From NCBI GenBank assembly GCA_040905905.1, contig JBBDQN010000032.1, positions 30,796-94,795 on the forward strand: a stretch of DNA of 64,000 nucleotides, given 5' to 3'. The stretch's first letter is position 1. Each line of letters starts with the position of its first letter. The notes beneath the pieces are model-generated. The model was not told the DNA's origin, did not search any database, and saw nothing but the letters and a program-made list of their open reading frames with translations. This DNA is from Acidimicrobiia bacterium (GTDB taxonomy: Bacteria; Actinomycetota; Acidimicrobiia; Spongiisociales; ZC4RG35). The translations under genes and the position numbers were made by a program. Positions 57,400-64,000 of this stretch are shown here, piece by piece.

Positions 57400-57482
57400 A
57401 GGCGTTTCTGGTTATCCAGTCTACGACTGATAACATTCCGGGTGTCTTCCGGTCAATCGGCCGGTTCTCCAAGGAGCAATCG

Positions 57483-57827
57483 ATGAACAAGCTTGAGATG
57501 CTCGGTGGCGCCTACGCGCGCACCGACATCCCCGAATTCAGACCTGGCGACAGTGTCAAGGTGCACGTCCGGGTCGTTGAGGGCAACCGTGAGCGGACCC
57601 AGGTCTTCGAAGGAGTAGTGATTGCCCGCAACGGGTCCGGTCTCGACTCCAGCTTCACCGTCCGCAGGATGAGCTTCGGGGTCGGAGTGGAGCGGGTGTT
57701 CCCCTTCAACGCACCAATCATCCAGAAGGTGGAAGTGGTGCGGCGTGGGGACGTGAGACGCTCCAAGCTCTACTACCTCCGGGATCGAGTCGGCAAAGCC
57801 GCTCGTATCAAGGAGAAGCGCGACTGA
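57483..57827 (+). CDS. rplS: 50S ribosomal protein L19
   Basis: AAGGAG RBS. ...[34 protein letters not shown]... Confidence 0.93.
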   Translation: MNKLEMLGGAYARTDIPEFRPGDSVKVHVRVVEGNRERTQVFEGVVIARNGSGLDSSFTVRRMSFGVGVERVFPFNAPIIQKVEVVRRGDVRRSKLYYLRDRVGKAARIKEKRD

Positions 57828-57892
57828 GCGTCGAGGCCCGTACCACTGAACCCTCCCCCCGGAAGCAGGCGAAAAAACAGCGTCCTTTCTGG

Positions 57893-58477
57893 GTGGAGCT
57901 GCCGGTCTTGTTGCTCATCGCCCTGACGGTGGCGGTGGCGATCAAGACCTTCCTCGTCCAACCTTTCTACATCCCGACCGAGTCGATGCTGCCCACCATC
58001 GAGGTGAACGATCGGGTGATGGTCTCCAAACTGAACTACCGCTTCGGGGATCCGCAGAGAGGTGACATCGTGGTGTTTCTGTCACCGCTCAACGGCGAGG
58101 ACGACGCCAGTTTTCCAGAACGAGCAGTGCGAGTGGTCCTGGAGGCAGTGGGCATCCGCACCGCCTCGGCTGACGACCTCATCAAGCGGGTCGTGGCGAT
58201 CGCGGGCGACACGGTCGAGATCGACGATGGTCTCCTCTACATCAACGAAGTCGCCGTGGACGAGCCCTATCTGTTTGAGCAGGGAACCATGCCCGACTTC
58301 GGGCCAATCGAGGTCCCGGCCGAGAGTGTCTTCGTCATGGGCGACAACCGCGACGTCAGCTATGACAGTCGTCGGTTCGGGCCTATCTCCCTCACGAACG
58401 TGGTTGGCGAGGCCGTAGTCAGGATCTGGCCACTCGATCGCTTTGGCTCTGTCGATTCCGTCCCACCCGGCTCTTAA
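57893..58477 (+). CDS. lepB: signal peptidase I
   Basis: IPTESMLPTI (Ser box), GDIVVF, KRVVAIAGD, GDNRDVSYDSR. Confidence 0.9.
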   Translation: MELPVLLLIALTVAVAIKTFLVQPFYIPTESMLPTIEVNDRVMVSKLNYRFGDPQRGDIVVFLSPLNGEDDASFPERAVRVVLEAVGIRTASADDLIKRVVAIAGDTVEIDDGLLYINEVAVDEPYLFEQGTMPDFGPIEVPAESVFVMGDNRDVSYDSRRFGPISLTNVVGEAVVRIWPLDRFGSVDSVPPGS

Positions 58478-58487
58478 AACCGGGGGG

Positions 58488-58850
58488 ATGAAGCCCCCTT
58501 TTTGGCGTGATCGCCGGGCCACTGGTCGTTTGGCCGAAGAGTTGGCTGCCGAACTGCTGTTGCGCCACGGAGCCAGGATCGTGGCCCGCAACCTCGCGGT
58601 CAAAGGTGGCGAGGTGGACATCGTCGCCGAGATCGATCGCGTCAAGACGGTGGTGGAAGTCAGATCGGTCACGACCCGGGAGAGTTTTGGCACTTTGCCA
58701 TCTCCCCATCCGCTTGACGCCTTCGACGACGCTAAAGCCCGCCAGGTGCGGCGATTGGCAAACGCCCTTCTTTGCCGTCGGGTCGACCTGGTGGCGGTCC
58801 GGTTCCACGCTCGTGGGGTGGACCTCCATTGGGTGAAGAACATCGGGTAG
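58488..58850 (+). CDS. yraN: YraN-family (UPF0102) endonuclease
   Basis: ORF 58443..58850 trimmed to ATG 58488. GRLAEELAAELL...GGEVDIVAE...VVEVRS. Confidence 0.75.
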   Translation: MKPPFWRDRRATGRLAEELAAELLLRHGARIVARNLAVKGGEVDIVAEIDRVKTVVEVRSVTTRESFGTLPSPHPLDAFDDAKARQVRRLANALLCRRVDLVAVRFHARGVDLHWVKNIG

Positions 58851-58864
58851 GGTGCCCGAAGCCA

Positions 58865-59764
58865 GTGTCCACAGGTCCGAGTTCTGTAGCAATCGTCGTC
58901 GACGGTCTCCGCAAGAAATACAAACAGACCGTCGCACTCGACGGCCTCTCTTTTGAGGTGCCCGGTGGCGCTCTGACCGGTTTCCTGGGCCCCAACGGCG
59001 CCGGCAAAACCACCACGTTTCGGTCCCTTTTGGGTCTGACCAGACCCGACAACGGACGTATGGAGATCCTGGGAATGAAGGTCGGGGCCGAGACGGCCGA
59101 AATCGTCAAGCGGCTGGGAGCGGTGGTCGAGGAACCGGGCCTCGTGAAAGGTCTCAACGGACGGGACAACCTGCGGGTCGCGGCCTTGACCCTGGGACGG
59201 GGATCGGAGAGGATCGAGGAGATGCTCGACTTCGTCGGCCTTACCGATGCGGCAGGGCGGCGGGTGGACGGCTACTCGAAAGGCATGCGACAGCGACTGG
59301 CCTTGGGCGCCGCTCTGCTGGGCGACCCGGATTTGCTGTTTCTCGACGAGCCCTTGGACGGACTCGACCCGGCCGGCCAGTCCCAGATCAAGCAGAAGTT
59401 GCGAGAGTTGGCACAACAGGGCAAAACCGTCGTCGTTTCCTCGCACAACCTCAACGATGTCGAGGCGATCGCCGACCACGTGATCGTCATCAACCGCGGC
59501 AAACTCGTCTCAAGCGGCAGCCTCACCGATCTGCTGGGCAAAAGGGGGTTCAGGGTGGTGGCCGAGCCGCTCGCGGAGACAGCGAGGGTTCTCGAGGGAG
59601 CCGGTCTGAGGACCGCGATCGTTGACGGTGGTGTAGTTGTCGACACCGAGGACGGTTCTGTTGTCTCGAGGCTGTTGGCAAGTGCTGGGATCTATCCCTC
59701 CGAGCTGGTCCGGGACTCGGCCCGGCTCGAGCATGTTTTCCTCGAACTCACCGGCGGTACCTGA
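58865..59764 (+). CDS. ABC transporter ATP-binding protein (ABC-2 subfamily partner)
   Basis: In-frame GTG 58865. GPNGAGKTTTF, YSKGMRQRLALGAAL, LFLDEP. Confidence 0.85.
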   Translation: MSTGPSSVAIVVDGLRKKYKQTVALDGLSFEVPGGALTGFLGPNGAGKTTTFRSLLGLTRPDNGRMEILGMKVGAETAEIVKRLGAVVEEPGLVKGLNGRDNLRVAALTLGRGSERIEEMLDFVGLTDAAGRRVDGYSKGMRQRLALGAALLGDPDLLFLDEPLDGLDPAGQSQIKQKLRELAQQGKTVVVSSHNLNDVEAIADHVIVINRGKLVSSGSLTDLLGKRGFRVVAEPLAETARVLEGAGLRTAIVDGGVVVDTEDGSVVSRLLASAGIYPSELVRDSARLEHVFLELTGGT

Positions 59765-59767
59765 GAG

Positions 59768-60538
59768 ATGGTCGGGCTACTGAGGGCCGAGTTGATCAAG
59801 CTGGTCAAACGGCGCACCTACTGGGTATTGCTGATCGTGCTGGCGGCTCTCACGGCTCTCCTCGCGTTCATATTCTTTGTGCTTCCGCAGATCATCGGGG
59901 CCAGCGACGGCGAACAGGGTTTTCCCGATCTGCAAAAGCCCGACGCCTACATCTTTGGCGCTCAGCAGGTTTTGGGTCAGACCTGGTTTCCGTTGATCCT
60001 GGCGGTCATGTTCCTGGCCGGGGAGCTGGCGACCTCCACCTGGGCTACGGCTCTCACTCGCAATGCGCGCCGCTGGCAACACCTGGTGGCGCGATTGGTG
60101 GTTGTCACGGGCGGGGCCTGGGTGGCGATGTTGATCTCGATCGGAGCCTTCGGGGTGGCCACTTACCTATTCGCCGAGGGATCGGGTTTTCCGTCAGGCT
60201 CCGAGATCGTGGGTGTGGTCTGGAAGTCATTGCTGGTAATGACGACCTGGGTGGCGCTCGGGTTTGCGGCCTCGGCGTGGCTGCGGTCGGTGGGGCCCGC
60301 TATCGGAGCCGTACTGGCCTTCAGCTTCGGCGAGGGCTTGTTGGCCCTATGGGAGGGTTGGCGCAACGTTTCATTGTCGATCCACACGAGCGCCCTTCTT
60401 GGCAGTCTCGACATCGGCGGGTTCGGCGAACTGCTGGGCGGGGACATCTCGTTCGGGCGCGGTCTGACGGTGGTCTTGGTCTGGGCGATGGTCTCGCTCT
60501 CGGCTGCCTGGGCGGGTCTTCAGCTCAAAGACGCCTGA
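59768..60538 (+). CDS. ABC-2-type transporter permease
   Basis: Six hydrophobic helices, immediately after the ATPase. Confidence 0.7.
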   Translation: MVGLLRAELIKLVKRRTYWVLLIVLAALTALLAFIFFVLPQIIGASDGEQGFPDLQKPDAYIFGAQQVLGQTWFPLILAVMFLAGELATSTWATALTRNARRWQHLVARLVVVTGGAWVAMLISIGAFGVATYLFAEGSGFPSGSEIVGVVWKSLLVMTTWVALGFAASAWLRSVGPAIGAVLAFSFGEGLLALWEGWRNVSLSIHTSALLGSLDIGGFGELLGGDISFGRGLTVVLVWAMVSLSAAWAGLQLKDA

Positions 60539-60723
60539 GCGCCCCGTCCAAAGCGGCGCCGCAACTCTTTGTACCAGCAGCCGTGATGCCAATGGCGGCG
60601 GAGATCGGGTTCGTCGTCGGGAACCACCACCAGATGGAAGGTTCCGGGTGGGATCGTTGCCTGACAGCCGGGGCAGAGGTAGGCCTTGCGAGCAGCATAC
60701 GGCTGCACCGGTGTGACAGTCAT
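60520..60723 (-). CDS. small CxxC...HxxC (zinc-ribbon-like) protein
   Basis: C-terminal 67 aa of ORF 60520..61494: MTVTPVQPYAARKAYLCPGCQATIPPGTFHLVVVPDDEPDLRRHWHHGCWYKEL... The upstream part of that ORF is an antisense shadow. Confidence 0.45.
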   Translation of the reverse strand: MTVTPVQPYAARKAYLCPGCQATIPPGTFHLVVVPDDEPDLRRHWHHGCWYKELRRRFGRGAQASLS

Positions 60724-60868
60724 CCCCAGATCGCCCATGCCAGAAGTCCCAGGATCAGGAGGATGGTCCCGGCCACGAGGGCCAGGTCGAGACGGTCCTT
60801 GCGGGCGGGCCGGAACGGGTTGAATCCCACCGGGTCGACGGTAATCGGTGCGGCTACCGTCCCCGATC

Positions 60869-61645
60869 ATGTGGCTCGAGATCAACGATCGCGGCGCGGT
60901 CCGCTGGTTGACTATCAACCGGCCCGGGCGACGCAACGCCATACCGGGCGACGGCTGGCCCGAGCTGGAGCGAGCGTTTAGCGACTTCGGTTCTTCGTCC
61001 TCGCGCGTATTGGTCGTGACCGGAGCCGGTGGTGCGTTCTGTTCGGGGGCGGACCTCGACCCGACAGAGGCGGTGGCAATGGCCGATGTTGCCGGTCGAC
61101 ACCGGCGGATGCGATCAGTGGGGGCGGCGGCGCTCGCCCTGCACCGGCTTGCCAAACCAACCATCGCGGCGGTTGATGGAGTAGCGGCCGGAGCCGGGAT
61201 GAACCTTGCCCTCGGTTGCGACCTGGTCGTCGCCAGCCACCGGGCCCGGTTCTCCGAGATCTTCGTAAGGCGCGGATTGTCCGTGGACTTTGGGGGGACG
61301 TGGCTGCTCCCACGCGTCGTCGGTCTCCAGCGGGCGAAGGAGCTTGCGCTCACCGGGCGCATCGTGGAAGCGACCGAGGCATTGGCCATCGGGCTGGTGA
61401 TGGAGCTGGTGGATGCCGACCGGCTCGAGGCCCGCGCTACCGAAATCGCCGATTCTCTGTTAGGTGGCGCCCCGGTGGCGCAGATGTTCGCCAAACAGGG
61501 CCTCGACCGCTCCGGTGAGGTTTCGTTCGCGGAAGCGTTGGCCTGGGAGGGTCAATCACAATCGATCTGTTTCGCTACCGAAGATGGCGTCGAAGGCCTC
61601 GCGGCATTTCGTGAAAAACGATCACCGGACTTCAAAGGGCGGTAG
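60869..61645 (+). CDS. enoyl-CoA hydratase/isomerase (crotonase) family
   Basis: MWLEINDRGAVRWLTINRPGRRNA..., TGAGGAFCSGADL, AAVDGVAAGAGMNLALGCD. Confidence 0.85.
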   Translation: MWLEINDRGAVRWLTINRPGRRNAIPGDGWPELERAFSDFGSSSSRVLVVTGAGGAFCSGADLDPTEAVAMADVAGRHRRMRSVGAAALALHRLAKPTIAAVDGVAAGAGMNLALGCDLVVASHRARFSEIFVRRGLSVDFGGTWLLPRVVGLQRAKELALTGRIVEATEALAIGLVMELVDADRLEARATEIADSLLGGAPVAQMFAKQGLDRSGEVSFAEALAWEGQSQSICFATEDGVEGLAAFREKRSPDFKGR

Positions 61646-61687
61646 ATCCCTCTAGTACCCGATCCCCGGGCAGCGTATTTTCGAGCG

Positions 61688-63160
61688 GTGTATGCGGAGA
61701 CCACATCGGTGGCGATGGTCGGAGCCGAACCGCGGCCCGTCCGGATCGAGGTCCACGTCGGAAAACCAAAAGATCGATTCACGCTGGTGGGGCTCCCCGA
61801 CACCGCGGTGAGAGAAGCCAAAGACCGGGTGCGGGCGGCCATCGTGTCCACCGGCAAGGACTTCCCCCATCGCCTGGTCACCGTCAATCTCTCCCCAGCC
61901 AATCTCCCCAAAGCCGGCTCCGACTACGACCTCCCGATCGCCCTGGGGGTGTTGGCAGCGGCGGGGGAGCTGCCGAAGACCTCGAGCCGGGTGGTGGCAG
62001 CGGGTGAACTCTCCCTCGACGGCTCGGTTCGTCGCAGCCGCACCGCCATCGGCGCCGCGCTACTGGCAGCTCACTACGGACTTCCATGCGTGGTGGCCGA
62101 TGACGATGCCGCGATAGCCGCTCGCGTGCCGGGAGCGGCCGTCTATCCCGTGGCGACCCTCGCCGAAGCGATGGCGGTCGTGTCCGGCGTTAGCCAGCCC
62201 CGGGAGCCGGTCGACCTTCCTGCCGAGGTAAACCCCCAATGGGAAGACATGGCTGATGTAAGGGGCCAACCGGTGGCAAGGCGGGCTCTCGAGATCGCCG
62301 CGGCTGGTTCGCATCACCTTCTCATGGTGGGCTCACCGGGGGCCGGCAAGACCATGCTCGCCCGCAGGCTTCCCGGCATCCTCCCCCCGCTCAACGCGGG
62401 GCAGGCGGTCGAAGTTGCTTGTCTGTGGTCTGCCGCCGATCGGCCTCGCCGATTCTCCACCGCACCACCCTTTCGGGCACCCCACCACTCAGCCTCCGCG
62501 GCTTCGATCGTCGGAGGCGGACACGGCAATCCGGTTCCCGGCGAGCTTTCGCTGGCTCACCATGGGGTGTTGTTCATGGACGAACTGGGTGAGTTTCCTC
62601 CTCATCTGCTCAACTCTCTTCGTCAGCCGCTCGAGGAGGGCACGGTCACGATCGCCCGTCGCGGGTCGGCGGTCACGTTTCCTGCCAGGGCCCAGGTGGT
62701 TGCAGCTTCCAATCCCTGTCCCTGCGGGTTTCGCGGTGATCGCACTCGCGGATGCCGTTGCACGGAGTCGGCTCTGGAGCGCTACCGGCGACGGCTTTCG
62801 GGTCCCTTTCTTGACCGGTTCGACATCAGGGTGTTTGTCGGCGCGCCGGATCCTGAGGCGCTACTCGGACCTCCCGGCGAGGCTTCCCTTCCTGTGGCCG
62901 AACGAGTCCTCGCCGCCCGACAGCTCCAGGACGAACGCGGGGTGGCCAACGGGTACATGGCCCGGGCCGACCTCGATCGCCAACCCCTCGACCCGGGCGC
63001 CCGGAACCTCCTGCATCGCGGTGTGGAGGCGGGGCTTTTGACCGGGCGAGGAGCCGATCGGGTTCGGAGGGTTGCCCGTACGATCGCCGACCTGGCGGGG
63101 GTGGATCTCGTGGGGGAGAGTCATGTCGCCGAAGCGCTGGCCTACCGGAGCGGTTTGTGA
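61688..63160 (+). CDS. comM: YifB/ComM-family Mg-chelatase-like AAA+ ATPase
   Basis: Lon-protease-like N-domain, GSPGAGKTMLARRLP, VLFMDELGEF, and C-terminal ChlI-associated region. Confidence 0.88.
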   Translation: MYAETTSVAMVGAEPRPVRIEVHVGKPKDRFTLVGLPDTAVREAKDRVRAAIVSTGKDFPHRLVTVNLSPANLPKAGSDYDLPIALGVLAAAGELPKTSSRVVAAGELSLDGSVRRSRTAIGAALLAAHYGLPCVVADDDAAIAARVPGAAVYPVATLAEAMAVVSGVSQPREPVDLPAEVNPQWEDMADVRGQPVARRALEIAAAGSHHLLMVGSPGAGKTMLARRLPGILPPLNAGQAVEVACLWSAADRPRRFSTAPPFRAPHHSASAASIVGGGHGNPVPGELSLAHHGVLFMDELGEFPPHLLNSLRQPLEEGTVTIARRGSAVTFPARAQVVAASNPCPCGFRGDRTRGCRCTESALERYRRRLSGPFLDRFDIRVFVGAPDPEALLGPPGEASLPVAERVLAARQLQDERGVANGYMARADLDRQPLDPGARNLLHRGVEAGLLTGRGADRVRRVARTIADLAGVDLVGESHVAEALAYRSGL

Positions 63161-63972
63161 ACCCTGCGCCCATCGCGGTGCCCGGGTTGCTTCGGCTCAT
63201 CCCCGACCCGCCTACGGCGTTGTGGGCCATAGGTGAACTTCCCACCGTCCCCGGGGTGGCAATCGTCGGGACCCGCCGCTGTACGTCTTACGGCCGGAAA
63301 GCGGCGCTATGGCTGGGTGAGGCTGTTGCCCTGGCAGGATGGCCAGTGATCAGCGGGTTGGCCCGGGGGGTCGACGCTGCTGCGCACAGAGCAGTGGTGG
63401 AAGCAGGTGGGATCGGGGTGGCCGTTCTCGGCTCCGGTCTCGACACGATCTATCCACCGGAGAATCGCCAGTTGGCCGCCGATCTGGTTGGGGCCGGCGG
63501 AGCGATCATCTCCGAGTATCCGCCTGGTACACCGCCGGCGCCATTCCGGTTTCCTGCCCGCAACCGTGTCATCTCCGGACTGTCGGCGGCCGTGGTGGTG
63601 GTCGAAGCGGCTCTGACCGGAGGTGCACTCATCACCGCCCGGCTTGCTCTTGAGCAAGGAAAGGAGGTCCTGGCGGTACCGGGCGACATCGACCGGCCGA
63701 CCTCGGCCGGGTGCAATCTCCTCATTCGTGATGGCGCTCATCCGGTGCTGGGTGCAATCGACCTGATCGAAAGCCTCGAACAGATCATGGGTCCAGCTCC
63801 TACCTTGGCCAAGTCACCGGACGTGGCTCCCGGAGCCACGGTCGACGAACTCATAGCCGGGTCGGACCGCCCGGTCGGTGAGGTTCTGGCTGAGCTTGCC
63901 CGCCTCGAGCTCGAGGGCGGGCTCCGGGTCGAATCGGGTCGGACGGTGACCTCTCCCAAGAAAGGCTCATAG
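63157..63972 (+). CDS. dprA: DNA-processing protein DprA
   Basis: VAIVGTRRCTSYG, ISGLARGVDAAAHR, GVAVLGSGLD..YP, SEYPPGT.P....FP.RNR.ISGLS. 4-nt overlap with comM. Confidence 0.88.
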   Translation: MNPAPIAVPGLLRLIPDPPTALWAIGELPTVPGVAIVGTRRCTSYGRKAALWLGEAVALAGWPVISGLARGVDAAAHRAVVEAGGIGVAVLGSGLDTIYPPENRQLAADLVGAGGAIISEYPPGTPPAPFRFPARNRVISGLSAAVVVVEAALTGGALITARLALEQGKEVLAVPGDIDRPTSAGCNLLIRDGAHPVLGAIDLIESLEQIMGPAPTLAKSPDVAPGATVDELIAGSDRPVGEVLAELARLELEGGLRVESGRTVTSPKKGS

Positions 63973-64000
63973 GCCTAGCCCCCAGGGCGTAGCCTGGGCG

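Noticed and set aside
58082-59479. 465-aa minus-strand ORF
   Set aside because: It lies antisense to lepB, yraN and the ABC ATPase, all of which have clear signature motifs on the + strand.
60724-61494. Upstream 257 codons of minus ORF 60520..61494
   Set aside because: They lie antisense to the crotonase-family gene and are Ala/Arg/Ser/Pro-rich. Only the terminal 67-aa Cys/His ORF is retained, and at low confidence.

Overview
GC-rich, very compact chromosomal core segment with about 70 protein genes and many 4-nt ATGA/GTGA start-stop overlaps. The type is actinobacterial. Gene order is recG ... rsmD-coaD-yceD-rpmF-plsX-rnc ... mutM-acyP-smc-ftsY ... ffh-rpsP-KH-rimM ... trmD-rplS-lepB-yraN ... 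comM-dprA. From memory this follows the conserved Actinomycetota (e.g. Mycobacterium) arrangement. A non-mycobacterial lineage such as Acidimicrobiia is only a guess. I saw no rRNA, tRNA, CRISPR array, transposase/integrase or recognisable defence island. Blocks inserted into the conserved backbone are: a DtxR-family regulator plus Fe(III) ABC transporter (27.1-31.5 kb); cdd/WD40/phosphodiesterase/etfAB/nucleoside salvage/Mo-oxidoreductase/ppc (37.2-50.6 kb); and four genes splitting rimM from trmD (53.2-56.7 kb). The window starts with a tandem AdnA/AdnB-like helicase-nuclease pair, and the first gene runs off the edge so it is missing from the ORF track. Signals most worth follow-up: (1) an ~860-nt ORF-free region (8098-8956). 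It is packed with UUCG/GNRA-capped hairpins that only make sense on the + strand. It also holds four CGCGAAAAC boxes in two 21-nt-phased pairs, a good promoter and two paralogous terminator-like hairpins. I read it as a candidate large structured RNA or giant leader and could not assign it to any family. (2) a 26-codon polycysteine leader ORF followed by an intrinsic terminator, upstream of a decayed cysteine synthase-TusA-DsrE operon (candidate Cys-sensing attenuator). (3) a translationally coupled hydrolase / membrane-anchored MurF-like ligase / Ddl operon outside any dcw context. (4) a ~55-nt palindromic repeat family at two convergent gene junctions. (5) an AT-rich TGACA-repeat operator/promoter with a strongly SD-preceded 32-codon sORF ahead of an RHH-DUF4097 pair. 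All functional calls rest on motif recognition by eye; no database search was run.
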